A stretch of 64,000 bases of DNA, from positions 34,472,001-34,536,000 of the forward strand of contig OZ024745.1 in assembly GCA_964016885.1 (NCBI GenBank), given 5' to 3'. A program made the position numbers and the translations under genes. Numbering within the stretch: the first letter of the stretch is position 1; each line of letters begins with the position of its first letter. Origin of the DNA: Eledone cirrhosa (lineage: Eukaryota). Positions 1-14,056 of this stretch are shown one piece after another. The notes below the pieces were generated by a model. That model was not told where the DNA came from, ran no database searches, and was given only the letters and a program-made list of their open reading frames with translations.

Positions 1-321
1 ATATATATATATGTGTGCATGTATGTATATATATATATATACATACTAATGTACGTCTGTATACATATATGTATGTACGTATACTTACATACATACTTAC
101 ATTTAAGTAACTGCCGTACTAAAATTGAGAAATGAAATTTCGTTTCATTCTATTCCATTTATATATATATAAGTATAAAGAAGGTGCTCAAGCATAGAAA
201 TGATGTAAACATAACTTATAAAACAGTGACGAAAAAAGAATTTGCCATAGACCGTTATAGCGTATTAAACTCCATAACTTCCAGATAGTTAATTTGTTGT
301 GGAACTAACTATCTCTCTCTC

Positions 322-428
<107 letters not shown>

Positions 429-448
429 GGAAATATAGATAGATAGAT

Positions 449-782
449 ATGTTTCTTTATTAGCCACAGGGGCACAAAAGAAGGGGACAAATACAAAGGG
501 GGAAGTTTACATACAATAAAAACGTGTAAAATATTATCACAAATGCAATTTAAAAATTAATCGATTTTTCCCCAATAGGGGGAGACATTACATATGGGTA
601 ACACATACCCCCCGAAAAAAAAATGTGCAACCCTCATCTCCATGAGTACGACGAGTTTGTACTCCTTTCCTCCCCTCCTCTTTTTCCTCAACCTACAGGC
701 TGATATAGAGAGAAGGCCCATTCACTCGGGCCATTCTCGCCACTTTCACCCACCTTTCATAAAATTTTCTGGGGTACAGCAC
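449..782 (-). mobile_element. 5'-truncated 3' fragment of Tx1/L1-clade LINE (same family as 19399-21206)
   Basis: Reverse complement matches the 20885-21206 ORF end and 3'UTR (YPRKFYERWVKVARMARVNGPSLYISL vs YPSKFYKRWVNVAKMARVVWPSLYISL; 3' end GGCTAATAAAGAAA). Flanked on both sides by (GATA)n. Confidence 0.9.
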
Positions 783-1640
783 ATAGATAGATAGAGAGAG
801 AGAGAGGGGGAGAGGGAGAGAAAGAAAGAGAAAGAGAGAGAAGGGGAGAGAGAGATAGAGAGAGTAATATATATGAGAGAGAGAAAGAGGGCAGTCGTGA
901 ACGATAAGAAAGCAGTTCCGACCCCTGTATTTCATCTATCTACCTCTCACGGATGAACTAAGGTGATTTTAACTCAGAGCATATTCAGCAAGTATAACTA
1001 CCGAGGCATATTTATAACTCTGCAAATTATACGCCTTGTAATGTAGTAGACTGAATAATATTCCCAGACTGAAGTTTTAATGATCCAAAACCAGCGATGG
1101 ATTAGTAACATTTCATTTGTCTCAACTTTATCATTTATAAAAAAATACATTGTATGTATGTATGTATGTATGTATGTATGTATGTATGTATGTATGTATG
1201 TATGTATTAGGTGTGTATGTATAAGGTATGTATATATGTATGGACGTATGGCTGTATGCATGTATATACGTATTTATGTATGTATTTATGTTTGTATGTG
1301 TGTGAGTGTTTATTTATGTATGTATGTATGTATGTATGTGTATACGCATGGATCTAACTGTTTTTTATCTATGTATTAGTGTCTATATATGATTGTGTGC
1401 AGGTACATATATATATTTGGATGCATGCAAGTATGAATAAATGGTTCTATGTCATTCGAAACTAGATAGTTTATTGGTACTAATGAGTATGCATATATAG
1501 TCACTTGCGCTCTGATTTTATCGTATAGAAAGCCACATACAAGCACTAACAAAAACACATACACACGCGCGCATACTACAATAATTGACTGGCATTAACT
1601 ATGAATCATGATTCTATACAGCGGAAATTATACATATATG

Positions 1641-1671
<31 letters not shown>

Positions 1672-1680
<9 letters not shown>

Positions 1681-1984
1681 ATAAAAGAGAAAACACAGGT
1701 AAGCATTAAGAGAAGGATTTTATCCAGGTATTTACGACCGTTTCATTGGTAAGTGCAACCTTATATTGTTATACTGCAAATAGCAGCCACTTAATTATAA
1801 TTGTTGTTCACAGTCCAAATTATCAAAATTTTGAAAATGTGGACTGTGAACAACAACTATAATTAAGTGGCTGCTATTTGTAGTATAGCAATATAAGGTT
1901 GCACTTACCAATGAAACGGTCGTAAATACCTGGATAAAATCCTTCTCTTAATGCTTACCTGTGTTTTCTCTTTTATACTTTATA
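1672..1984. repeat. Fold-back palindrome (~155-bp arms) next to (TA)n; probable PLE pLTR remnant with 3' half of an HHR
   Basis: 1672-1824 is the near-exact reverse complement of 1835-1984. The right arm contains GAAA-CGGTCG-TA-AATACC. The apex CAAAATTTTG lies where the CTGANGA core would be expected. Confidence 0.85.
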
Positions 1985-2182
1985 CTCCAAGATTGAACGG
2001 AATTCTTACAAACTTGTGGAGTTACCCCTAACCGTATGTTGAAACCATCCATGAAACTGGCTTTCTTAACCACGAACTGGATCACAAAAAGCAATTTTCT
2101 GCTTCCCTAACTATATATATATATAAATTAATAAAAACAATGAAATAAAAAACAAAGAACAGGTTCCTTATATTTAAAAAAT

Positions 2183-2321
2183 CATCATTTTACGATCGTT
2201 TCTGGGATATATATGTGTGTTGATATATATATCATGTTAAAGATCTATGTAAAAGAATATTACAAATTATCAGAGGAGATATACATACCTTCACCTATAC
2301 ATGCCATCTTCAGAAATGATG
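2183..2321 (-). ncRNA. Type I hammerhead ribozyme with long stem II insert
   Basis: Minus strand: CATCATTT-CTGAAGA-TGG...~100 nt...CCA-GAAA-CGATCG-TA-AAATGATG. Perfect 8-bp stem I and palindromic stem III ACGATCGT. Confidence 0.8.
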
Positions 2322-2740
2322 AAGTATGTTTATTGAAAGAAACAAAGTATTAATATAAAAGGTCTGTTTGGGAACAGGTTTTGAATTGATCAATAGAAAA
2401 GAGTTAGAGGTCAAGATTATAGAATTACAGTAGTAGAACTTGATGCTAGGAGTGGAGGAATGTAAATCTATGCTTTGAATGAAAAGAATACAATGGAGAA
2501 GAGAATGGTAGGGGTTAAAATGAGATCAAATCAATGAGATAGTGAAGGAGTCCCAAAAATTTGATGTTATTAAAAAATGCTGTTAAGAGCGAAGGGAAAG
2601 AAATTTGTGGGATGAGAGTGTTAGTGAGAAATACTAATCCTATGTAAATTTCAAGGAACCTAGATACATAAGAGGAAATTAAATTAATTGATAGGTATAC
2701 TTACAGAGTTATAAATATATACATATATATAAATATATAT

Positions 2741-3473
2741 CATAAAGTATGTCCATAGAATCATTTGATAAAATATATACACCATTTCATCTCCCAATTA
2801 GCATAATTAACCACATAAAAAATTAATTAGACCAGGCTATAAGAATAAAGGCTCCTATGAAGAAATATTTGATAAATAAACGAAAGCAGCCTCTTCGCGG
2901 CCGACCGCAATAGAATATTTACCCAACATTTCAACAGCATGTAGAAATCGACTAAATATACCGTCAACCATACACAATTAGGTATAAAATTAAAGTTAGA
3001 AGATATGCGTACACTCTTACCATGATTATATCCCTACCCTGGGGTTTCGTTCGCGTTTTGAGATATCCTATTAAGGATAAAATCTCGAGTTTCGAACTCA
3101 TCAGGAGACAAACTCATAGGACAGTTAATTTTCCAAAGCGATCCCCGCCAGAAACAGATTCAAAAATGGCTAAGAATCGTGACGTGGCAGTGATTAGTTG
3201 CTTACGGCGAATGGCTGGTTGCTAGAAAGCGCAGCCCAATATTGCCCAAATTGCATCTCAACCTAATGGGAGATTATTAAATATAAATATTTACATATAC
3301 ACAAACTAAACAAAGTCACAGATATATATGTGGCAACCATTCACGATGTGGCTCAATGAAGAATTAATAAATTAACTAATCAGAGCAATATATCATAAAG
3401 TATGTCCATAGAATCATTTGATAAAATATATACGCCATTCCCTCTCCCAATTAGCATAATTAACCACATAAAA
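2741..3473. repeat. (TA)n-flanked insert with ~80-bp terminal direct repeat (period 653 bp)
   Basis: CATAAAGTATGTCCATAGAATCATTTGATAAAAT...AACCACATAAAA occurs at 2741-2820 and 3394-3473. HHR-core-like motif inside at 3083-3108 (-). Confidence 0.8.
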
Positions 3474-3489
3474 TAATCATAAAATAACC

Positions 3490-3650
<161 letters not shown>

Positions 3651-4153
3651 CGTGTGTGTGTATGTATGTGGTGTGTGAGTACGAAAATCCCCATACAAGC
3701 CATAACTAGGAAATCTTGTAGCTGGAATAAGGACAGGACACTCCTAATTAACCCCAGGCAGGGCTATAGTTAACAGTGCAGCGATGTGTTGTAAGGACGC
3801 ACAACCTAGGCGTGAGACTGCTATCCAAATTATAACACATATTTAAGAAAAACCTGATAGAGAATTTATGTATTAATATTTTCTATATTTATGAAGTACC
3901 AGTGATTTCGTAGACATATACAAGGTAAAGTCTTCTTATTCAGAACGCATATATAGATTGATGAATGCTTACGTTTATTATTGGTAATGCATGATTAAGT
4001 GCATATATAATTCATTATCGCAAAGGTGGAGCCTTGTGCCTTGTAGATGTTTCATACTTTGCGCCAGATTTTAACTTGTAAAGATTGTACTCTATATCTA
4101 TCTCTACAACTTTTTATCAGTTGCTAACTTCTCTGCCTATCAAACATAAACAC

Positions 4154-4236
<83 letters not shown>

Positions 4237-4250
4237 GGTAGAGTTAATAA

Positions 4251-4330
4251 CTCATACTGATGATGCCCGTGGATTATCTGTTGCAAACACGCTCAGGGCG
4301 AAATAGATTAACCCATAATCTGTCCGGGAG
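4251..4330 (+). ncRNA. Type I hammerhead ribozyme (stem I degenerate) in a (TA)n-flanked insert
   Basis: CTGATGA-TGCCC...GGGC-GAAA-TAGATTA-ACCCA-TAATCTG-TC. Stems II and III pair; stem I CTCATA/CGGGAG is imperfect. Confidence 0.7.
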
Positions 4331-4903
4331 ATGTAATCGTTATTGAGGCGGTCTGTATAAATATTGTTATCATTCTGTCTGTGTCATGGTTAAATATTTC
4401 AAACAAATGTAGTTCTTCAACCCTCGTAATATTAGACACACGATTTACTGTGTTTATTACTGCATATATTATTATATATATATATATATTCAGTGTTCAC
4501 GTTTCATAGACATATATATATATATATAATTATACGTGTGTATGGGCGTAAGGTTGGTTGGCTGGATCTCAACCAGTATTTACGACATTGTCACAATGAC
4601 ATAAGATTCAATCTTTACAAACAGAAGCAATTGAGTACAACAGTTGTAGTGGAGTTGGGAGAAGATATCCAAGACAGAACAAGCATTTCGTTAATCTTTC
4701 ATACAGAAATGTTATAGGTTTACTATTTTATATATACTATTCTCATAGATCATGACATTTAACATGAAACACTAAATATTAATCACATTGATATGTAATA
4801 ATTACTTTATTTGTTTTCTGAAATAAGTAACATAAAAATTATATATGTATGTATATATATGTATATATATATATGTACAAATGCACACAAGCCATTGCAC
4901 ACA

Positions 4904-5022
<119 letters not shown>

Positions 5023-5613
5023 TAATACAGATTTGAATAAAAGGACCCAATCTGTTTTTATGTGCTATATACATACTGCCTCAATAGTACACAACAAAAG
5101 AACAGCTTTCATATCAAAAGGAATAGATTTTGTACTTGACCGGTTTCACTTAAAGGTTTTTTCATCCCTAATGTTCTACGTTTTCATTTGTAATGTTATT
5201 GCCGCGAATGTTTTGTTAAAAAAGGGACGCAACTGGTTGTATCGTTGCCCCTTATTACGAGGAAAACTCAATCACTGACAAGGGACATAACTCTGGTCTG
5301 ACCAGTATTAAAAATTATGTCTGCAAAGAGTTCAGCTTTGGCCTAAATGTTTCTATAAAAAATCTTTCTTCGACAATGTGCTTTTCTTCTTACGTTGTCT
5401 GGCAGCATAAGTAGAATGAGAAAGACATTAACATTTTGTTAAATTCGTCCTCCGCATTTCTCCATATGTTAGCTATGAGGGATGCTTTCATCGTATGGAT
5501 CACTAACTTGCTGGCAGTGAACTGTCATTCCTGTTTGGCCAATGTCATTCCTGTTCATGGCAACCATTCCAGTTCATGGCAACTCACACACACACATATA
5601 TATATGTGAGTGT

Positions 5614-5683
<70 letters not shown>

Positions 5684-5722
5684 GTATGTGTGTGTGCGTG
5701 CGTGTGTGTGTGTGTGTGTGCG

Positions 5723-5811
<89 letters not shown>

Positions 5812-7119
5812 AATTTTCTAAAATAAACAAGGGGTAATTTTCAATTTTGAAATTGGGACCTTCTTCCAAGTGAAATTCGTGGCCTTCCTATAGATAGCTG
5901 CACACCTTGCAGTTAGGCTGGTTGCATCATTTTACTTCAGACTCTTTAATTCCGAATTGTAGTTTTGCATTTGTTAGTATCTTTTTAGTTACATTATATA
6001 ATTTGGTGTTTTGTATTTTAGTAGCATTGGTAGGTATGGTTGTATGTGTGTCTACATTTCTGTTTTCTTTATGTTCAAAGTTGAGATATAGAGTAACATG
6101 TATGTTTGTGTGTCTGAGGGTGCACACGTGTCTGTATCTGTGTGTGTCTATCTCTATGCATACCATTTACCCGCAAGTAACTATTGACTAATTAATCAAA
6201 TATAATATATTTGCATATTATCCACAAACTATGAATGTTGCTAACATTGGGTTTATATCGTTGCTTTATATGTAGAATTTTGAATGCAGCATGACCAAAT
6301 GTCTAAAGACTTCGTTTCTCAATCATTTGCTCCTAGTTCGATAGCTCTGTGTAGCGTCTCTTGCAAGTGTCATTTTTCAAAGCCTTGGTTTGATCCATAT
6401 CTTGTAAATGAAATTGTGTTGACAGAAACTGTTTTAAAGCCAGTCAGATGGACTATATTTGTAATTAAATAAGCCACACATTCTGTCGTGATGGATCTCC
6501 CTAGGAATTAGTATAAGGTTCACGTGTCTGTAGAATGTTCAGCCACATGCATTTTCATTAGTTTCATGAGCAGGGTGTACTGTTGATCGAATAACTGTGA
6601 CACTCAAAGTCGAAACCATTTATGAGTAAAATTGTTATGGTCACATACACACGTATGAATATATGCAAAATTATTTCACATATTTTTCTTATACTTCTTT
6701 TTTTGTTCCATCTATTGTTTAAATATTTATGAAACTATATATACACGTGAACTGTGTTGATTTGTTCGAGAGGTTGGCAGAAACATATGTAGTAATATAG
6801 AAATACATATCGTTCAAATGTGCCATCTTAAAACTAGGAGTTTAATAAGAGTTATGTGTACATATGTTTATGAGAGCCATTCGATTTATAATAATCCTTT
6901 CAAATTAAGTGCCATAGAGCGTTTGATTAAGAATTTTCAATAAATACGTTTTTATTCACCAAAGCCACTCATCAACGTCCACTTGAAGATGACATAAATT
7001 TTATTGTAAAAGAAACATTGGAAATGCTGCAAAATAAGCGTCCATTGGTGCAAAAAACATTTCATCAATGTCACTTGACATTCGCCATTGAAGTAGTAGA
7101 AATATGTTTACATATGAAG

Positions 7120-7544
7120 AAGGATCGGCGCTACCACTAGGACAACTAGGTATCTATCAAGGGTGCGAACCTCGGAGGCACATTTCTAAACCGTAAAAGG
7201 GTCATAGGGTTATACCAATTTTATAATTAGATTAAGTATATAGTGATTTTCTAAATATTTGTACCATGTAACAACATTGTGGAAATATCTAAAACGATGA
7301 AGAGGCTCTTATGGTGTTGTAACCTATCACATGAATGGTATAGGTGAGTGTGGACGATGTAGTGAAAAATGCAGGCTTAGTAATTTAGTTTGTATTGTCA
7401 GATTGAGAAGTGTGCAAAGGTAGGTTCTTCGGGTTACCAAGGTGTTAAATCATTTTGTTTGGGAGAATCGGGCGCATATGTGGGAAAGGTTGTCCACACT
7501 TTGTAGGGATAGTCTTGGTGCTAAATACCCACGTCCTGGCTCTG
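7120..7544. mobile_element. Non-autonomous hAT-like DNA transposon (MITE)
   Basis: Degenerate TIRs (AAGGATCGGC.../...CCTGGCTCTG), 8-bp TSD ATATGAAG/ATATGTAG, and internal similarity to 58460-58851 (e.g. CAGGCTTAGTAATTT, TTGGTGCTAAATAC). Confidence 0.6.
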
Positions 7545-7879
7545 ATATGTAGTGTCGGCTTTATACAATCGCCACAACCAATATTCCAATCATGATGTTT
7601 ATCAACTTCATTTGTTTTTATCCTTAGTATAAGATAGAACAACTAAGGCGGCAAGTGAACCTCCAGATCCATTGTAGCACAGTTACAATTATAATATGGA
7701 GTCCCTTCGCGAGTTGGCTTGATAAATGATGTACAACTGACATAACTGAAGCACAAGCTCCATTGTGTTGTGGTTGTTGACAATCTACATGTTCCCATTG
7801 ACTCTGTAAACAGATTACTAAGCGCATTCTTGCTATGACCATCCCTTCTTCTTCCAGACATTGTATCTAAAAGTCTAAA

Positions 7880-8133
7880 GTCTGTCTTAAGCCAGAAGGC
7901 TCATTTGGCCGGTGCTTATCCCGGTTTCATGGCGTGAAGCGACTGAGAGTACAAGACTCCCCCCTGGACACGACGCCAGTCCATCGCAGGGTTAAACCTC
8001 CAGCTATTGCTGGTACTCATTTTCAGCTGAAATGAAGTGTTTTACTCAAGAAAACAACACGCAGCCCAGGAATCGAACCCACGACATTATGATCGTCAGT
8101 CCAACACTCTTACCACTAGGCCACGTGCCTCCA
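7880..8133 (-). mobile_element. tRNA-derived SINE with V-domain-like body
   Basis: Minus strand: A-box GTGGCCTAGTGGTAAG and B-box GGTTCGATTCC, followed by CCCTGCGATGGACTGGCGTCGTGTCCAGGGGGGAGT...GAAACCGGGATAAG. Confidence 0.75.
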
Positions 8134-9772
8134 CAGGCATTGTATATCCAGCACTATATTATCTACACTGATCCCTCTTTATTCAAGTCATATTTTGAGA
8201 GAAACTTAATTGCTATTCCAATCAGACTGACGGACTCCGTGCCGACTCCCTCACAGTCATGCCTCTTAATCATTATTTTTCATAGATGTTCAATTCATAT
8301 GTTTAAAAATATTGAGCTTATGGGAGGGATGTAAACTTCAGATACACAGTGTATAAAACAGAAGAGACAATTTCGCAGGACCTCGAAATTCGTGTAGTTC
8401 TGAGTGGTAATATTCTCATCATTGTCATTACTGAGTTTTTCTAGGGGTTTATGGTCTTCTATCTGTTTCTTTTTTTTTTCTCCTCTTTTCAGCAGCATGC
8501 CAATCCTATACATGACCACCTCTTCCTCATTGGCTCTTGAGAGTGGGGTGGTCCTAATACGAGCCTTCAGCTTTCATCACTGTGATCTTCAAATACCATT
8601 ATCAGATTTCTGTCAATTGAGGCGCCACCCGACAACGTGGCATTGCTGCTTATTTCGAAACACTGCCTGCTTATCTGTGCTACAAATGTAATGATGAGGC
8701 ATGAAGTTAATGTCATTTCCCATAATCCCTGTTATGTGAACTTCCATATATTGTGGCACCAGTAACTTGGCAGGGATATGGGTCAACAGCTCGGCTTGCT
8801 TAATCGTTCTATCTTCAGTTTAAAAATATAACTATACGGTCCTCTTTCTCTATATCGACTGATAGAAGAGATATATGCCCACTAATCAGCCAGAATTACT
8901 ACTGATTGTTTTCTTAAGAGAGTAAGAAACGCTAGTCTGCTTTTTGTGATGCAGAGATACATAATTCCGCCTCTTATCACACTTTTGCATAAAGAGTTCT
9001 GGCGAATAGGCTTTACATCATCAAATTAGCTCTGCCAAATATATCTTTTTCTCTGTCAGGTGAATCATACCAGATACATGTTTAATACGCACAATATTTA
9101 GGAAATAAATTCTGATATTTCTCATCTTTATCGCTCGTAGTGAGTGTGTGACTATATGTGTGTATGTGAGTGTTTGTGTGTTTGTAGGATCGTATGTGTT
9201 GATGTTGTTGTAAACCGTATCATTGGAAATGTTCGGATTAATGTTAGTTTTATCTGTCAAAAGGTCGTTATTTTTTCCGTGTTGATATCGTACGTCCAGC
9301 TGTGCAATCAAATTTACATTTTTATTGTTTCTTTCTGTTTCTTTTTTTTCCGGGTGTGTGGGTGACTGTTACATCAATTTCATTTTTTTCTTCCTTGCGG
9401 ATACTGAATGTAAACAAAATAAAATCATACTAAAAAGATATTAAAAACAAAATACCGTATGTATTTTCCGGTCTGGAGAGACGTCCAAAGTGTTCCAGAC
9501 AGATTCCCCGAGAAAAAATATTAAAACAATTCTTTCATTTTATCTTCAGCTGTGCTTGACATAAGCCGTTGACAAACATTAAGATATTGTTAAAATATAA
9601 AGGTTATTCATTGAAGGCACGTGACGTAGTGTTTAAAGTATTCGGTTCACAAACACAAGGACGTACGTTCGATTCCAGGAAGTGTCTTTAGCAAGCACTT
9701 TATTTAAAATTATGTGGGTACATTTAACTGGTAAACCTGAATTGTATCTGTAATTGGAAAGTCAAGCCTGAT

Positions 9773-10064
9773 GTTAGAGTCTCTAGACTCTACTTCTCCG
9801 GATTGTGAGATCACAGCTCCGATACTATGGGCATGTGGTTAGAATAATCTCAGGAAAGAATCACGGGACAGATTTTACGAGCAAACCCTACCGGCAGGCG
9901 ACCCAGGGATAGATCATGGGCAAGATGATTGGATATCATCCATGAACTCGGCTGGTTTTGCTTGGGAATCTAACCGTATCAGATCGAGATGGTTGCTTCT
10001 GACAGAATCCGTTTAAGGACTCTACCCCACACCCTCTCAGGAATAAGTGGGTGAAGAAGAAGAA
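9773..10064 (+). mobile_element. RTE-clade LINE 3' fragment inserted in an older SINE
   Basis: Translates to QLRYYGHVVR...QERITGQILRANPTGRRPRDR (RTE C-terminus). (GAA)n tail; TSD AAGCCTGAT at ~9764 and ~10062. tRNA-like SINE head at ~9613-9700 and body continuing at 10070-10225. Confidence 0.75.
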
Positions 10065-10872
10065 GCCTGATTTAACAATGTGTCAGGCTGAATCTCCCCC
10101 AGCACTACATTAAGGTTACACGTCGCAGTGGAATGCCCAGCCACTTGTGAGTAAATTTCACAAACAAGTTGTTCCATTGTTTGAACATCTAGAATACTCG
10201 TTGTCGGAACCGATAGATGTCCAGCACAAAAATCATTATATATATTCCTTGGTAAAAAGTGTTTCGTCGCACTGTGTTTTACTTGGTCACTGGTACCATA
10301 TCACTGCGTTTCAGTAATAAATGCGAAGTGTATGTAACCGGTTTTTTTCTTTAGTTTTTGAATGACTAACATGACATTTTCCCGATGTAATATAAGCAAC
10401 ATTTACTCACAAACTCGAATGAAAATTTAGTTTTCTTTCCAGCTATATTGTGTGTACAAATATGACTACGTTAACAGTGCCACTCAAACTCAACCTCTGG
10501 TTTCTTAAGCCAAGTATACAATCACGTTTATGTCCTTCCTTTAAGTTAAGATTCGGCTTGAAATTAGCAAAACTAAATTCATATGCTCTACAATTGTCAC
10601 GTAAACTCCAGACATTGAACAAAAAAGTAAAGAAATAAAATAAATGCATAAATTAAATATTAGGAAAAATTTATTTTCTCCTGAAGTTTATTTATATATT
10701 AAAAAAACCCATTTCCTCAAAGAAATTTTATTTCAATTCCATTCTCGATTAAAATATTATTTCATATATTCCGAAATAATTTATGATTTTTAAAAATGAA
10801 TTCGCAACATAATTGTGATTTGATGTTTGTTATATCTGATGTCATGCATGGATTTTACATATATATATATAT

Positions 10873-11092
10873 AGTAGAATAATCGAGTATCGAAAAATCG
10901 GCTCACGAGGTCACGATAAACAAATTCGATATGAGTGGCAGAGGGCTCAATAATTCAGATAAATCAGAGCTATAACTATCGTTAAAATACCAACACACAA
11001 AGATTATGTCTAAAATCACCCATACGACCGAAAAATTACGATCAGGAAGATTCGGGTCACTCAGATAAAATATCAATAAATCAATAAATCAT
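10873..11092 (+). mobile_element. (TA)n-flanked interspersed repeat, probable PLE pLTR remnant (second copy 48553-48745)
   Basis: Shares CAGAGCTATAACTA.CGTT.AAATACCAAC and ATTCGGGTCA with 48553-48745. Both copies sit in TA tracts. Confidence 0.65.
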
Positions 11093-11093
11093 A

Positions 11094-11132
<39 letters not shown>

Positions 11133-11205
11133 GTGTATGTGTGTGTATATGTCCGTGCGTACATGTATGTGTGTATATATGGGAATATATATATATATAT
11201 ATATA

Positions 11206-11416
11206 TAACTGTTTCTACTTTTGGCACAAGGCCAGCAAATATCCAGTGTATTACTGGTACTTTATTTTATCGACCCCGTAAGGATGAAAGGCAAAGTTAA
11301 CCTCGGCGGGATTTGAACTCAGAATGGCAAGGGCCGTAACTCAATGCGTCAAAGCATGGCGTCCGGCCCTCTACCGATACTGCCAATCCACCGCCCTTAC
11401 TGCCAATCCACCGCCC
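11206..11416 (-). mobile_element. tRNA-derived SINE (main family), 5' 20 nt duplicated
   Basis: Reverse complement of GGGCGGTGGATTGGCAGTATCGGTAGAG...GAGTTCAAATCCCGCCGAGG...GTCGATAAAATAAAGTACCAGT...GGCCTTGTGCCAAAAGTAGAAAC. Confidence 0.9.
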
Positions 11417-11427
11417 TGGATATATAT

Positions 11428-11570
11428 AACGAAGGAAGTGTGGTAAGGAACCAGATGGACCAGAGTACTCAATACTTAGAGTAGTACGAGAGGAAAATGA
11501 TTAACCCCGACGGCAGAGCTCAAGCCGTTGAAACGGCTTGAGCTCTGCCGTCGGGGTTAAACATTTTCCT
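11428..11570. mobile_element. PLE pLTR-like remnant ending in a fold-back at an HHR GAAA/stem III (family also at 48387-48430 and 49727-49890)
   Basis: Hairpin AGGAAAATG...CCGT-TGAA-ACGG...CATTTTCCT. Contains GAAA-CGGC-TTGAGCTCT-GCCG-TC-GGGG. Confidence 0.7.
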
Positions 11571-11969
11571 ATATATATATATTGCTAAATCGTGATCTGG
11601 ATTAATAATCACACCATTACATCATATATAAGAATTTCTCTTGATATATATATACATAAATAAGTTTATTTTATGTTTAAATTCATAAATTGTTTCATTT
11701 CTATTATTGTGTCAATTACTGCCTTCTCTCCCTTTATTTTCATATCCTTGCCATCATCCTATTACTGCTCACATTTATCTCTCATTGCTTCTACAATTAT
11801 AATTTTACTTTTCTTTCTCTCTGTCACTTTCTCGCAGTTTTATTTTATTTTTTGCCTTCGTTTTCTATTATCTCAATCAAATTTATCTAGTCTCTGCATT
11901 TCTAGAAATAATTGCTTTCTTGGGTTGTCAAAACTATAAGACACACTCACACATACACGTATGCTTAGA

Positions 11970-12004
<35 letters not shown>

Positions 12005-12117
12005 ATATATATACGTGTGTGCATGTGCACACACACACACACACACACGCACACACACACACGCACACACACACAGACACACACACACACACACACACAC
12101 ATATGCACACACACACT

Positions 12118-12172
<55 letters not shown>

Positions 12173-12177
<5 letters not shown>

Positions 12178-12212
12178 ATTAACGAGACGAAATTCATCAT
12201 AAATTAATTCAA

Positions 12213-12249
<37 letters not shown>

Positions 12250-12363
12250 AATGAAATATGTATGTATGTATGTATGTATATACGCACACGCACACAGGTA
12301 TATATATATATATATATATACCTGTGTGCATGTGCGTATATATATACATACACACACACACAG

Positions 12364-12394
<31 letters not shown>

Positions 12395-12452
12395 CCTGTG
12401 TGCGTGTGCATATATATATGCATACATACATACACACACACATATATATATA

Positions 12453-12518
<66 letters not shown>

Positions 12519-12558
12519 TTGAATTAATTTATGATGAATTTCGTCTCATTAATCGCAT
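12173..12558. repeat. Fold-back palindrome enclosing nested microsatellite palindromes
   Basis: ATGCGATTAACGAGACGAAATTCATCATAAATTAATTCAATGTACA has a near-exact reverse complement at 12513-12558. The right arm continues as a degenerate HHR core: ATGATGA-ATTT...AAATTC-GAATACGTC. Confidence 0.8.
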
Positions 12559-13803
12559 ACTCCTAAATTCGAATACGTCTTTAACTCTCTTACTCTCGGG
12601 CAGAATAAATGTGTATCAATAATACCACTTGTTTCTGTTACTGTTAGTTAATCCCAGATCACAACACTGATGAGCAGTTCTATGATTAAAATTGTTTTCC
12701 CAGTCTTATTCTCACACTGAATTATCGGACAAAGTATTATTTAAACGACAATTGGCTGCTATTTCTCGCTAGCTAAAAGATTTGGCTATTATTTAACCTT
12801 AGATTTTCCCGGATGGAGTCGATTTATTATCGAAAAAGAATGATCTGTGAATATCCTATATTACTATTTTCATATTTTTTTGAGCAACATTAGATAATGT
12901 TTTCATACATATTAAAGACAACAGGGAGTGATTTGTAGTAAATATTGCTGATATTCTTAGCACATCAAGCGACCACGTTGAGGCTCTCAAAGAACATGAA
13001 GTAAATGTCATGTAATTAATTATTGGTGTATAAAATCGCCGTAATTAATATAGTTTCGTCAAAGTCCTGATTATATAAGACAAAAATAATACAAACATTA
13101 TATCAAATGATAATAATTGTTTTGTTTTGCTTTCATCTGCATTTATTTCGTCTGCATTTATTTCGTCTGCATTTATTTAAATATCGCTCAAATCCCGTAT
13201 CCTGCAGTATATAACGTGGTATGGCCAAATTAATTAGTATAATATTAGATATGATATCGCTGATAACGGCTGCTATATATTTGATCAAAGATTTGCTAGA
13301 TTATGGTTTAACTGGGATTAAACACCACCATAGAGCTTTGCACAGTCGAACGGATCTACCTCGCACTGGACACCAGCTCCTCGCAGCGTTACACGCCATC
13401 TTCTGCCAGTAATCACACGTCCATCTGCTTAGTGGACGAGAACAAATTGAAATATATTGTTTTATTCAAGGATAGAACGTAACACCAATACACTCACAAC
13501 TAGAAAGACTACCTCCATACCTTCAATAATTATAACAACAAAAAAAAAAAAAAAAAAAAAAAACAGCAAAAGGCGCATATAAAGCGTAATTTTCAACGGA
13601 AGTTGGTTTTGGAAAAATATAATTCAGCATTGAATATATTTAGAAAGTTTCGCAATAAGTGTAACAGTGTTTACAAATATTGTAAATGTCAAACGATTCA
13701 CATCTGTATAGTTAATTTGAAGTTTAAGACAACAACCTATAATATTGTTATAATTATTGTATAATTACGTATCTTAATACCAGGGGTCTTTCCTTATTTA
13801 CAA

Positions 13804-13905
<102 letters not shown>

Positions 13906-14000
13906 TATGTGTGTGTGTGTTTGTATGTGTGTGTGTTTGTGTGTATGCATGTGTGTGTATGTATATATATATATATACACACATATATATATATATATAT

Positions 14001-14055
<55 letters not shown>

Positions 14056-14056
<1 letters not shown>

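Noticed and set aside
8340-8760. Possible MULE transposase C-terminal remnant on minus strand (HVVGW motif)
   Set aside because: Too degenerate to support without a profile search.
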